Position numbers and translations under genes: made by a program. A DNA stretch of 64,000 bases from a virus (Duplodnaviria; Caudoviricetes), in IMG/VR virus record IMGVR_UViG_3300027863_000030, positions 1 through 64,000 of that record; one strand, 5' to 3'. The first letter of the stretch is position 1. Every line of letters begins with the position of its first letter. The notes under the pieces are model-generated. The model saw only the letters and a program-made list of their open reading frames with translations, was not told where the DNA came from and searched no databases. Shown here piece by piece: positions 9,355-19,677 of this stretch.

Positions 9355-11292
9355 TTACTTAATGAAGAAATTGAGATTAATCTGCTCAACTGCTCGAGTA
9401 GGCTCTAAGATTACGTTAACGTGGAATTGTTTCCTCTTTCTTTCATACTCTGTGGCCCCAACTTCCACGGAGAAATCATACAGACCCCTTCTTTTCTTAA
9501 TATCCTCTAGAAAGTCAACTATGTCAGCCTTAACTTGGTTCCAAGTAATTACGTCGTTGAGCTCAAAGATAAAATTCCTACAGTATCTTTCTAGGGCCCT
9601 CTTGCAATATAGAACGAGCCTTACAATATTAATATCTGTCAAGGCACTGGCCTTGATTTGGCTGGTTAATTGTCCCCATACCACGTAACCTTCTAAGAAC
9701 TTTACGATAGGGTTTAACCGCTTCAAGTACATCTGGTCTCGCTGTGCGAGGCTGGGGTTAAATCTAAGCTCCTTGATTGAGTCAATAGAAGCTCGATTGA
9801 AACCAGCAATTGGATACCAGACCTCTGCTACCAAGTCATTTCTTGGAAGAAGGTAACTAATATGGTACAAGGGACTAAACCATACGTCTCTTCCAATAAA
9901 TGGATCATAGACTTTGTTATACTCCTCATAAAGGGCAACATAGAAAGAATTAAATGTATGCTCGTTAGATCTTTTCTGAATACTGGTGGTATAACTCGAA
10001 TTGTCCCCATTATCAAGAAGGGCGATACAATCTCTTCGAGTTTTTGCTAGAGCCGCGATCTGGGTTTTAACTTCGGTGGGATAACCAGCATCCCAGATAA
10101 CGTTAAAGTAATAATTCTCAGTATCTAGGACTGAAGGATCAATAGCCCCCAAATACGCCTGAGATAATAACTGGGTTGCTACGGTAGTATTTACTGTCCC
10201 ATTGCTATTAAGAAGAGATCCCAATGAGCCCTTTCTAAGAGGAACCGGGGTGGCAGAAACGAAAGCTGAAGAAATCGAAGCTAAGCTCTTCTTAACTTGG
10301 TACGTTATTCCGCCGCTAGTTGTATCAAAATTTGTGGTATCTCCAGACCAACCTCTAGTTCCACTGCTGAGATTCTTAGTGCTAAATACATGGACGGTGG
10401 TTCCATTAGAAGCAGACTCGCCTAACCATCCCCAGATAGTATTACCTCTAGAGTCCTTGCAGATAACCATATAGGTAGCGTGTCCGGTTTCTTGGCTTTC
10501 CCAAAGGGAAAAGTCTTGTTTTGGGTCAGTGATGGAGGCGGAATTTTGAGTTAGTACCACACTAACATCTGGAGACATATCTTTTGCGTAAATTTTTCCT
10601 ATAGTCTCGTAGCCAGCATCTCCCACTTTGCATCGTAAGAAAGTGGAATACGTATTTAAGACATCTTCAATAAAGAGGGAGCTCCCACTCGAATCTATTG
10701 CTTCCTTATCGAAAGATACCTCGAAAGACTCAGAAATTACCTCGTCCCCGTCTGATTGTCTTTCATATATGTCGAGTGTATAAACGCCATAAACAAGAGG
10801 GTTAGCATGCGGAGTTAAGCGAATCCCTACTGCATTATATGCATCGCCTCTACCAATAGGATAAAAGATACAAAGAGGAATAACTCCTGAGGTTCCATCG
10901 TAGACCAAGTTTGTATCTATTTCGCTTTTGGTATTTAGACCAGAAATTGAATCGGTCGAAACGGTGTAGTCTGTCGAGGTATTTTCTGTTAAATTAATTC
11001 TAAGATTTGAGTAGGTAGCGTCGTTTGGGAGCACTCTTAGGACATACAGAGCTCCACTTTCTCCCAAGTAATTATAAGCCACGTAGGGACCCTGGCTATA
11101 ACTAGTTCCAAAGTCTAAGATATTGGGTTCTCCAAATTCTGATACGAATTCGCTTCTAGAACTAACGAATTTCATGACATTATCTTCGCCTTTGCGGCTT
11201 AAGATCGCAAGAAAAGAAACGGTACTAGGAACTGCTTCAACGTAAGTGGATAAATCAAAAATCTTTGTATAGACACCTGGAGAAATAGGCAT
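9355..11292 (-). CDS. Contractile tail sheath protein (T4 gp18-like)
   Basis: N-terminal SPGVYTKIFDLS; C-terminal WYPIAGFNRA, LNPIV, WGQLT, INIVRL, FELND, PTRAVEQI. Confidence 0.95.
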   Translation of the reverse strand: MPISPGVYTKIFDLSTYVEAVPSTVSFLAILSRKGEDNVMKFVSSRSEFVSEFGEPNILDFGTSYSQGPYVAYNYLGESGALYVLRVLPNDATYSNLRINLTENTSTDYTVSTDSISGLNTKSEIDTNLVYDGTSGVIPLCIFYPIGRGDAYNAVGIRLTPHANPLVYGVYTLDIYERQSDGDEVISESFEVSFDKEAIDSSGSSLFIEDVLNTYSTFLRCKVGDAGYETIGKIYAKDMSPDVSVVLTQNSASITDPKQDFSLWESQETGHATYMVICKDSRGNTIWGWLGESASNGTTVHVFSTKNLSSGTRGWSGDTTNFDTTSGGITYQVKKSLASISSAFVSATPVPLRKGSLGSLLNSNGTVNTTVATQLLSQAYLGAIDPSVLDTENYYFNVIWDAGYPTEVKTQIAALAKTRRDCIALLDNGDNSSYTTSIQKRSNEHTFNSFYVALYEEYNKVYDPFIGRDVWFSPLYHISYLLPRNDLVAEVWYPIAGFNRASIDSIKELRFNPSLAQRDQMYLKRLNPIVKFLEGYVVWGQLTSQIKASALTDINIVRLVLYCKRALERYCRNFIFELNDVITWNQVKADIVDFLEDIKKRRGLYDFSVEVGATEYERKRKQFHVNVILEPTRAVEQINLNFFIK

Positions 11293-11429
11293 ATTTCCTC
11301 CTTGCCCTATTGTTGTAGGTGTGATTTTGTTGTCTAGGTTTGTTAACTTACTCTATGTATATTTTATTCCCTTTCTACTAGAAGATTGTTTCTATCACCC
11401 CCTTCCACTATGTACATATAGATTTTTTA

Positions 11430-12263
11430 TCAAGATAAGTTTAGGATAACATTTAGTAAAAGCAATTTTCTTTGTATTGGAGTTAGATAGAGTTTTCCCT
11501 TAACCAGAAGGAATCTTAGAGAAGCATACAATGTCCTATCCATTCTCATTCCGCGACGAAGAACTAGGATGTATTCTTTGGTAAGACCCGGGATTGCTGA
11601 CTGAGCTGCGGCAAGTTTGCCTGCTTCTTTTATTGCTAAGATAACTAGAAAGTTAGTAACTATATCATATTGTTGTAACCTTTCTAGGGCATCAAAAACT
11701 TTCCCACTAGTTAGATGTTTTTGTATATTCTTTCTGAGTGACTCGTATGAAGATACTGGAATTTTCATTTCTTTTCTAATTGTAATATAAAGAGCATTTC
11801 TTATATCGTCATTTGTAACGCCTTTAACATACCGTTTAAGACTTAGGGCCTTAGCCTTCGACTCAGAGTACTTGGCTTCTGAGAACCAAGTATACCATTT
11901 CGATACAAATTCTGGTTTCATAAGTTTAAGGGTAGTCTTTAGGGGCTGAGAGTTAATGAGATTTATAACAAGGGCATCGGTTTTAGATTCAGGAACGAAA
12001 GAATCTGCTTCCCCTTTAGACTCAGACGGGTCACTATTTTTGGATGCAGGGCTTATGACCTGTTCATTAATTTTCGACGTAAGTCGGTCGACGACCTTGG
12101 CAAGATCTTTATCCGTAGCCCTTTTCTTGGGTTTCTTTCCTGTTAAGAAATCTAACCAACCAAGATATCTTTCCCCACTATCTGCTATGACATCGGTGGG
12201 AAAGTTCTCAACCTCTTTGATTTGCTCTAGTATATAAGAAAGAAGATCTTCTTTTTTAGACAT
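11430..12263 (-). CDS. Hypothetical (probable virion) protein
   Basis: GGAGG before ATG 12263; lies in the structural operon. Confidence 0.6.
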   Translation of the reverse strand: MSKKEDLLSYILEQIKEVENFPTDVIADSGERYLGWLDFLTGKKPKKRATDKDLAKVVDRLTSKINEQVISPASKNSDPSESKGEADSFVPESKTDALVINLINSQPLKTTLKLMKPEFVSKWYTWFSEAKYSESKAKALSLKRYVKGVTNDDIRNALYITIRKEMKIPVSSYESLRKNIQKHLTSGKVFDALERLQQYDIVTNFLVILAIKEAGKLAAAQSAIPGLTKEYILVLRRGMRMDRTLYASLRFLLVKGKLYLTPIQRKLLLLNVILNLS

Positions 12264-12277
12264 ACTTGCTGGTCCTC

Positions 12278-12940
12278 CTAAAAGAATAGATACCAAACAA
12301 ACTGGATAATTCCAAGAGCATCTTTAACTAAAGTTGGGAACGTGGCTCTCGCATACAGATGGAACGGGCCACTATGCCCAGCATTTCTAGATGTAGATGA
12401 CCACAAAGCAACCTCGTTGATGTTGAAGTCATTACACCACTCAGATCTAATGGTAGTAACGATTTTTGCTATTAGATACTCATCGTCATTCAGTGGATCC
12501 CTTTCAAAGATAACTTCGTCGAAAGGAGCCTTATAGTACTTACCCCCTCTCAGATCTGCCAGGGTTGTTCCAGAGGAAGCAATTGGAACCTCATTCGCCA
12601 AACCTACATCGGTAAGCGTTGGGGGTATGGGAGCAAGAGGATCACCTTGAGTGCATCCCCCAGATCCAACACTAAGCCATGAAACAAACTCCTCTTTACT
12701 CGTTGCGTTCTGGCTATTCTCTAGGTCTAAGATTTTTTCGCATATTAAAGATCTTCCTACATAGACCACAAGATTACTTGTGGTTACTAGCTTTTTGCTT
12801 CCATCAGGAAGAACTTGATAGATCTCAACTTTTCCTTTTGGACGAACTGAGTTATCATCTCTTTGTTTCTGTCCAAGAGAATCACTCGTTTCGATATGAT
12901 CTGAGATAGAAACTACGTATTGTTTCTTGGTATCTGTCAT
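12278..12940 (-). CDS. Baseplate/tail-collar fibre attachment protein
   Basis: NLVVYVGR...VGSGG...PTLTDVGL...INEVAL...ARATFP.LVK pattern typical of phage collar/baseplate proteins. Confidence 0.65.
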   Translation of the reverse strand: MTDTKKQYVVSISDHIETSDSLGQKQRDDNSVRPKGKVEIYQVLPDGSKKLVTTSNLVVYVGRSLICEKILDLENSQNATSKEEFVSWLSVGSGGCTQGDPLAPIPPTLTDVGLANEVPIASSGTTLADLRGGKYYKAPFDEVIFERDPLNDDEYLIAKIVTTIRSEWCNDFNINEVALWSSTSRNAGHSGPFHLYARATFPTLVKDALGIIQFVWYLFF

Positions 12941-13001
12941 TTGAATTTCTTCCTGCCTCTTTTTTTATTACTTATGTAAACCGACTAGAGAGATAGTCCT
13001 A

Positions 13002-13017
13002 AAAATTTGTTCAGAAA
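13002..13017 (-). promoter_or_regulatory. Candidate phage promoter element (GAACAAA core)
   Basis: AAAATTTGTTCAGAAA is identical at 13002-13017 and 33281-33296, each upstream of a minus-strand structural gene. Confidence 0.45.
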
Positions 13018-13263
13018 CTAACTTTTTACTATATGCCAATCTATTCGATAATTAGAAGATGGAATTGGTCCACTAAGTTTTACAAAGAAACTAGAAGTAG
13101 TCTTATTATATGCTGATTGAAAGTACATGGCTTTGGAGTTGGTTTCTAAACATACCATGGTTACAAAAACTTCATAGTTTGTATCTGGTAGAGCTGGAGA
13201 AAAACTAACTTCAAACTCTGATTGGCCTATACTGGGGGTAAATGATCCTTTTCTTTCTTCCAT
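13018..13263 (-). CDS. Small beta-rich tail-fibre-associated domain protein
   Basis: VSFSPALPDTNYEV...KTTSSFFVKLS...W resembles the two C-terminal repeats of the 15644-18031 protein. Confidence 0.6.
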   Translation of the reverse strand: MEERKGSFTPSIGQSEFEVSFSPALPDTNYEVFVTMVCLETNSKAMYFQSAYNKTTSSFFVKLSGPIPSSNYRIDWHIVKS

Positions 13264-13287
13264 CTTTTTTAATCTAATCTCCCAATC

Positions 13288-15588
13288 TTAATCGTTATTG
13301 ATATATGACAGAACACAAACCAAGAAAGTAGGACTGGAAGTTACTGATTGTATATCTAACGAGAACCAACTCCCGGCATTGATATTGGAAATAGAAATAT
13401 CATAACTATAAGATGCGGATCTTCCAAGAGTTAGGGCATAGGAAAGAACATTTTGTTTGGTTCCTAGGGGATCGGTAAATGTTTTAATTTGGATTTGGGC
13501 CTCGGCCCCCTCTGGACCAACAACATAGCCATCAACTCGATACAGGAAAATATTTTCTAGAGTTATTCCGTTAGGCATCTCACCGGAGCTAGGATTTGGA
13601 ATAAGCCAAGTTATGTACTTAAGTCTATTTTCTTGCTTCCCACTAAATCCACTCCATCCCGAGTATCCAGACACTCCACTATATCCACTAAACCCACTAT
13701 TTCCTGGCCAACCTTGCTGCCCACTCCACCCTGAGTAACCACTCCACCCTGAGTAACCACTCCACCCTGAGAAACCACTGGTTCCTATGCCCGAGTAACC
13801 GCTTAGCCCGCTCTTTCCGCTTATTCCAGAGTACCCTGAGTACCCTGAATAGCCACTCGAACCAGGGTTATCTCCCGAATAGCCTGAAAAACCACTTGCA
13901 CCCGAGTAACCAGAAAAGCCACTTGATCCAGAATACCCTGAATAGCCACTCGAACCAGGGTTATCTCCCGAATAGCCCGAGAAACCACTTAACCCACTGT
14001 AACCAGAGTAACCACTTATACCACTCTTTCCACTAAGCCCACTTATGCCCGAGTATCCTGAGTAGCCACTCCAACCAGAATATCCACTAAAGCCAGATAT
14101 ACCACTTATTCCAGAATATCCACTAAAACCGGAGTGGCCGCTTACCCCTGACTGGCCACTATAACCCGAGTAACCACTCGAACCAGGGTTATCTCCCGAG
14201 TATCCTGACCAACCAGAATACCCACTAAAACCACTTGTTCCACTCCACCCTGAGTATCCTGACCAACCAGAATACCCACTGAATCCACTTACTCCTGAGT
14301 AGCCACTAAAGCCACTTGCTCCATCAGTACCTGAGTAACCAGAGAATCCCGAGTAACCACTCGAACCCGGGTTATCTCCCGAGTATCCTGACCAACCAGA
14401 ATAGCCACTAAAACCACTCACTCCCGAATAGCCTGAGAAACCACTCACTCCAGAGTAACCACTTAGTCCGCTCTCTCCCGAATATCCACTAAAACCACTC
14501 ACTCCCGAATAGCCACTTAGTCCCTCAGCACCTTGTGGACCTGAATATCCACTAAAACCACTCACTCCCGAATAGCCACTTAGTCCCTCAGCACCTTGTG
14601 GACCTGAATATCCACTAAAACCACTCACTCCCGAATAGCCACTTAGTCCAGATTCGCCACTATATCCAGAATAGCCACTAGTGCCTCTTGGACCACTATA
14701 CCCCGAGTAACCACTTGCACCAACTGGGCCTGGTACACCGCTATAACCTGAGTAACCACTGGTGCCTGGATTGTCTCCAGAATAGCCACTAAAACCACTC
14801 ACTCCCGAATAGCCTGAGAAACCACTCACTCCAGAGTAACCAGAATAGCCGCTAACCCCTGACTTACCACTGGTTCCACTGACACCACTTTCACCCTGTT
14901 CGCCTTTTTGTCCGCTCCATCCTGAGTAACCACTAAATCCAGACAATCCATCAAATCCATCTTTTCCGCTATATCCACTAAACCCACTACTCCCGCTAAA
15001 TCCTGAGTAACCACTTAGACCAGAGGCTCCAACTTCGCCACTTGCGCCTGAATAGCCACTCACTCCTGAGTAACCGCTGAGACCACTCCTCCCAGAGTAT
15101 CCTGAGTAGCCACTATGACCACTTTCTCCACTAAAACCACTCACTCCTGAGTAACCGCTGAAGCCACTTTTTCCTGACAAGCCACTTAGCCCACTCTTCC
15201 CGCTATAACCCGAGTAACCACTAGGGCCTCTTTCCCCACTAAGACCACTTTCACCCGAGTATCCAGAAAAGCCACTTTGTCCGCTTTCACCACTAAAACC
15301 TGAGTATCCAGAAAAACCACTTGTGCCAGAGTAGCCACTAAAACCCGAGTAACCACTAACCATTAAGGATTCGACTCGCATAAATTTCAATGAGCCAGAT
15401 GTAGAGTCGTATCCAAGGGCATACTTATCTTGTGGGTTCGTAACATCAATGGGTATATCTTTAAGTTTTGAAGCATTCCACTGACTGATATCTTTGTAGG
15501 TATCTATATCTGCTTTTCTAATAACGTGCTCGTCTTTTGATGGTGGGGTAGTGACCGCTAATTGGCCATCATCATAATATACCGCCAT
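13288..15588 (-). CDS. Gly-X-Ser triplet-repeat (collagen-like or PGII-like) fibre protein
   Basis: About 575 aa of (G-[YFWLVIKE]-S)n with recurrent GDNPG; globular N- and C-termini. Confidence 0.8.
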   Translation of the reverse strand: MAVYYDDGQLAVTTPPSKDEHVIRKADIDTYKDISQWNASKLKDIPIDVTNPQDKYALGYDSTSGSLKFMRVESLMVSGYSGFSGYSGTSGFSGYSGFSGESGQSGFSGYSGESGLSGERGPSGYSGYSGKSGLSGLSGKSGFSGYSGVSGFSGESGHSGYSGYSGRSGLSGYSGVSGYSGASGEVGASGLSGYSGFSGSSGFSGYSGKDGFDGLSGFSGYSGWSGQKGEQGESGVSGTSGKSGVSGYSGYSGVSGFSGYSGVSGFSGYSGDNPGTSGYSGYSGVPGPVGASGYSGYSGPRGTSGYSGYSGESGLSGYSGVSGFSGYSGPQGAEGLSGYSGVSGFSGYSGPQGAEGLSGYSGVSGFSGYSGESGLSGYSGVSGFSGYSGVSGFSGYSGWSGYSGDNPGSSGYSGFSGYSGTDGASGFSGYSGVSGFSGYSGWSGYSGWSGTSGFSGYSGWSGYSGDNPGSSGYSGYSGQSGVSGHSGFSGYSGISGISGFSGYSGWSGYSGYSGISGLSGKSGISGYSGYSGLSGFSGYSGDNPGSSGYSGYSGSSGFSGYSGASGFSGYSGDNPGSSGYSGYSGYSGISGKSGLSGYSGIGTSGFSGWSGYSGWSGYSGWSGQQGWPGNSGFSGYSGVSGYSGWSGFSGKQENRLKYITWLIPNPSSGEMPNGITLENIFLYRVDGYVVGPEGAEAQIQIKTFTDPLGTKQNVLSYALTLGRSASYSYDISISNINAGSWFSLDIQSVTSSPTFLVCVLSYINND
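14480..14649. repeat. Exact 63-nt tandem repeat (about 2.7 copies) inside the GXS gene
   Basis: Unit GAATATCCACTAAAACC...GTGGACCT starts at 14480, 14543 and 14606. Confidence 0.85.
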
Positions 15589-15643
15589 ATCGTAAAGTAC
15601 CCCCTATGTGTGTTTGTTGTGCTAATTTGTACATTTCTTTGTG

Positions 15644-18031
15644 CTAGTTCTCACTAGCTACCCAATTGAGTTGGTAATGACTTGTTGGAACACTAGCACT
15701 AAATTCAATGTCAAATCCATTCTCATCTTTAGATACGATATCATAGAAGAGCATCCTGGGAGACTCTTCTATTGTGTTGCAAATGGTTGTAGATAAAGAA
15801 TAATCATTAGAACTCAATGGTTGTGGGAAAGAAACTCTCATTCCAGTAGAATTTGCTGGAATGGAACTAACCCCAGTTCTTTTCCCAACGTATGGATACT
15901 CAACATAATGAACCATCCAGCTTAAGGTATATTCTTCGGAAACAATTGGGGCTGAGAATCTAATTGTAAATCCTAGTCTGTCTCGTTGTGTAATGATATA
16001 GAAATATTGATCTGAAACCCCAGTTGAGTCAGAAACCATTGTAACACAAAGGGAAGTTAAGAGGGTTCCATCTAGAATTTCAGATTTGAATTCTATGCGT
16101 TCAGTGGTCTGGCCTTTTAGAAGACGCTTTGTTCCGGATTGAAGGGCCAAGTCGGCAACTAGAAATGCTTTTACATACGTATAGTCTTGGCTGGTTGGAA
16201 TATCAAAGCAACCCTCACAATCGAATTCTGGCATCGAACCGGTGCATATGGTATAGATGGGAACCGAAGTCCCATCTAAAACGGTCATATACCAATTGTA
16301 AGTCGTTGGGTCAATGTAATGGGAGCATGAAACTTGTGGATCATTTTGCCATATTCCTTGGAATACTGGAAAGGAGCGAACTACCTCTGGTAAGGTTCTA
16401 TAGTAATTAATTACAACCTCTTCAGGAGACTTATCATCGGATACCCCGACATCATGGTATGAACCACAGTCATAATGGTCTCTAGAATGATACAAATCTG
16501 TAACCGTTGAGTCATGACAAACAACGTACTCGTTTCCACAACATGGTTCGCTGTCCATGGTGTGGAAATCTAGAAGGTCTTTTTCGTAATTTACTTGCAG
16601 CTTATCTTCTGAAACTACTGCATCCATTAATGGAGAGTTAATGTATAGTGTATGAATTAATCCTAGGAATCTAGCTCTGTGGGGCTTGAAGAAATTCACT
16701 ACGTCTAGAATATAACGATTTACGATACTTCTAGGACCAATCGTAGTGGCAATTCTTGGATAACTTTCTGGGAGAACATATAAATCGATATAAGAGGTTA
16801 GTAAGAAGAGGACCTCTGTGGTAATAGAATCTCCATTACCACTAGTAAACCAAGAATCAATGTAATTGAACAAGTCTAAGTTTATTTGCTTTAAGACTTG
16901 CTCTGGAGATGAAAACAAGGGAGCTAAGAAATCAGAGCCAATGGGTCTTGTAAATAGATCTAAGAATTGGTTTCGGAGTTCTTTTTGTTCATCTCGAGTT
17001 ACTAATCTTTGAAAATACAAGGTGGTAAATTCATTGATTATGGTTTCAAGATCTAAACTAGTTCCATCATATATTAAGAAAGAGTCCGAGAACCCACTAA
17101 TTCTTTGCCCATAGTAACGATTTAAACAATAACAACAAGCTACATAGATCTCAAGCAAAGAAAGTTTTGTTTTTGCATACAAACTAAATCTAATAACTCG
17201 ATTAAGTTCCTGCGTTTGTAAGAATGTTTCATACTCATCTCGAACTCTTCTACGTGTTACCGCGGAGATGATAGCAAGCTGGTCGCTTAGAGGTACGTTC
17301 TCTCGAATTGCAAAATGAGGAGTTTTCATTGGGAGAGAACGACCTTTGGCTAAGAAAGAGAGAGTATCTTTTTCTAACATCCAGTGCGGGTCGAATCTTT
17401 TTACGTCCTCATATGACAAGTCAACAAGAGGAGCGGTATATGATTCAATGCTAATCTTAATAGGATCTAAGCTAGAACTTCTAGATGGTAATCGAATGAG
17501 GGGAGTTGTTATGTACTTAGATGTTTGAACTATGTTTGGTCGAAAAACAAAATCGGGACCACTTGGAGTTTGTATTCGAGTTAGAAAGTACTCAACAATA
17601 TCTGGGTTATTAACAATGCCAAGATATCTTAGAGAACTAGACAGAGAAGTAGGGGTTCCTTTTGTTTTGTACAAACGAACTAAGTCTAAAAGCAACAAGA
17701 TTTTATTAAAAGATGAAATTCGGTATGTTGGAAATGGTAACCCCATTGATCGAAGCAACTCTTCGATATGTGCCTCAGGAAGGGTAAATACGTCGGTTAC
17801 ATTCCTTGATATGGAAACCAACGTTTTTAGTGCCGAGTACCAATCGATGAGAAATTTTCTTAGTCTCTTATAGTCGTCAGAAGCAAATGCATATTGGTCA
17901 ATGATAGCATCAAAAAAGCTTAACGTACTTGCTTTTTCAGATACAAGAAGTTCTTGCAAAAGCAGGTCAACATTTTCAGGTTCACCTTTAAGATATCGAA
18001 GAAGGCTAATGAAATCAGATACGGTGAACAA
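15644..18031 (-). CDS. Baseplate wedge-like protein with two C-terminal beta-domains
   Basis: LVRLYKTKGT (YxxKGT wedge motif), FFKPHRAR; structural context. Confidence 0.65.
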   Translation of the reverse strand: MFTVSDFISLLRYLKGEPENVDLLLQELLVSEKASTLSFFDAIIDQYAFASDDYKRLRKFLIDWYSALKTLVSISRNVTDVFTLPEAHIEELLRSMGLPFPTYRISSFNKILLLLDLVRLYKTKGTPTSLSSSLRYLGIVNNPDIVEYFLTRIQTPSGPDFVFRPNIVQTSKYITTPLIRLPSRSSSLDPIKISIESYTAPLVDLSYEDVKRFDPHWMLEKDTLSFLAKGRSLPMKTPHFAIRENVPLSDQLAIISAVTRRRVRDEYETFLQTQELNRVIRFSLYAKTKLSLLEIYVACCYCLNRYYGQRISGFSDSFLIYDGTSLDLETIINEFTTLYFQRLVTRDEQKELRNQFLDLFTRPIGSDFLAPLFSSPEQVLKQINLDLFNYIDSWFTSGNGDSITTEVLFLLTSYIDLYVLPESYPRIATTIGPRSIVNRYILDVVNFFKPHRARFLGLIHTLYINSPLMDAVVSEDKLQVNYEKDLLDFHTMDSEPCCGNEYVVCHDSTVTDLYHSRDHYDCGSYHDVGVSDDKSPEEVVINYYRTLPEVVRSFPVFQGIWQNDPQVSCSHYIDPTTYNWYMTVLDGTSVPIYTICTGSMPEFDCEGCFDIPTSQDYTYVKAFLVADLALQSGTKRLLKGQTTERIEFKSEILDGTLLTSLCVTMVSDSTGVSDQYFYIITQRDRLGFTIRFSAPIVSEEYTLSWMVHYVEYPYVGKRTGVSSIPANSTGMRVSFPQPLSSNDYSLSTTICNTIEESPRMLFYDIVSKDENGFDIEFSASVPTSHYQLNWVASEN

Positions 18032-18047
18032 TTAGGTTTTTCCTCCT

Positions 18048-18665
18048 TTACGGGGGCATTCGATTAAAAATTCCACTCAACAGTTTGAAATGTTTTTCTA
18101 GAATGTAGTCATAGTACAAAGAATCAAGCAAACTTTTCTGGTTCGGAAATAATGCGTCATCTGGCAGAAGAATAATATCTGTGATTCCGTTTTGCATAAA
18201 GACCAAATCTATGTAAATAAGTCTAGATAGATTTGTAACCAAACTAGGAGCTGTAAAACTGGTAGTATCGTAGTAGACGATTATCGAAGTTGTGTCTGAG
18301 AATCCCGTTGTTTTGTACTCTAGCAAGAAGTCGAGCATTTGCAGATCTATGCTTTGAAGCTGGAAGATGTTTGATCCTGTCTCGCTAGAAACATAAACAT
18401 ATCCAGCGTTTCCATACGGAGACAATCTAATTTTTAGAGAAAAATCCCATTCTCCTCTATCTAGAGGAGTAAATAGATAGTGGTAATAGTTATGAGAATA
18501 GGTGTCTGAGAATAACAAATCAATAAACGAGTCTCCGGGTAAAAAACTTGTACCATTAACTATGCTTGGTAAACGAACTGGAGCGTCATTAAGAATCTTA
18601 TCAAATAGAATTCTAAAAGCATGATAATCAAGCTCAGGAACTGCGATATATGGCACTAGATACAA
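18048..18665 (-). CDS. Hypothetical (probable virion) protein
   Basis: 205-aa ORF heading the baseplate operon. Confidence 0.55.
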   Translation of the reverse strand: MYLVPYIAVPELDYHAFRILFDKILNDAPVRLPSIVNGTSFLPGDSFIDLLFSDTYSHNYYHYLFTPLDRGEWDFSLKIRLSPYGNAGYVYVSSETGSNIFQLQSIDLQMLDFLLEYKTTGFSDTTSIIVYYDTTSFTAPSLVTNLSRLIYIDLVFMQNGITDIILLPDDALFPNQKSLLDSLYYDYILEKHFKLLSGIFNRMPP

Positions 18666-18830
18666 ACCCCCGAGAAAATATGTATGAAGAAAAGGAAAAG
18701 TTTACGAACCAAAAACTTTTTTGAAGGACTACTAAATTGGAGTTCATAATTTTGTTCTTAGATCTATTCTTCTAACCTCCGAACAAAAACCAAGAAGATA
18801 CTACTAACATACGAAGGAGGCCTACGTTTA

Positions 18831-19637
18831 ATGGATCCAGTTCTAGAAAAATTCCAACCGGTTTTCGTAACGGGTAGAACAATTAATGATACTTGGTTTG
18901 AGCTCTTGGCTCAGTTATGGGACAAGGGACGAAGATACAAAGTGACGTCTGGTTCGTATGCAGGATCTAGTCGGTTGGAATTCGATTTCGTAGCTGGAAC
19001 GATAATGAGTCCATCTGAAAGACCTTTAGCGGTGTATACTCCTCCTGGGGTTCCTGCTCCTACAACGGATTCCGCTATAGAAGAATATTTCGTAAATTAC
19101 CTTATGAACGGGAAATTGTCTCCAAATGAGCACTATCGTTATTCTACGTGGATCGTTGGTGGGAAGTACAAGATTCCCCAGATACGAATCGAAGGAAAAG
19201 ATCTTTATGATCTTGAGATTACAGTTCCAAACCAACTCCAATGGTGCATTGAGCACTTTAAGAAGCAGGGGTTTGGTAATAATCATTGTACAATTCAGGT
19301 GGGATATCCAGAAACAAACTTAGCATATGATATACCTTATTCTGATGAAACTGAAAGGAGAACGTCACCATGCTTAAGGTTAATTGATTTAAAGATTATA
19401 GAACAGAACCAAAAGTCTTATTCTATTTCAATGGTTTGTTATTTTAGAAGTTGGGATCTTTATAGTGGCTTTCCTGAAAACATTGGAGGATTGACTTTAT
19501 TGCTTGAATATGTGGCGAATGAACTAACTAGCTCTGAAATTGAGGTTAATCCTGGTTCGCTGAGCTTTGTTTCTAAAGGTCTTCATTGCTATGATTTCCA
19601 AATAGAGGCTGTTCGTCTAAAATTGAACAAAAAGTAG
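18831..19637 (+). CDS. thyA: Thymidylate synthase-family enzyme (archaeal/alternative type)
   Basis: SPCLR (catalytic Cys), FRSWDLYSGFPEN, GLHCY; Asn at the position that specifies dUMP. Confidence 0.85.
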   Translation: MDPVLEKFQPVFVTGRTINDTWFELLAQLWDKGRRYKVTSGSYAGSSRLEFDFVAGTIMSPSERPLAVYTPPGVPAPTTDSAIEEYFVNYLMNGKLSPNEHYRYSTWIVGGKYKIPQIRIEGKDLYDLEITVPNQLQWCIEHFKKQGFGNNHCTIQVGYPETNLAYDIPYSDETERRTSPCLRLIDLKIIEQNQKSYSISMVCYFRSWDLYSGFPENIGGLTLLLEYVANELTSSEIEVNPGSLSFVSKGLHCYDFQIEAVRLKLNKK

Positions 19638-19677
19638 GAATGTTCTTTCTTGCTAACAAGAAGGAGGCGAAGACATT

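Noticed and set aside
18831-19637. dCMP hydroxymethylase (T4 gp42-like)
   Set aside because: The specificity residue is Asn, not Asp, which favours dUMP
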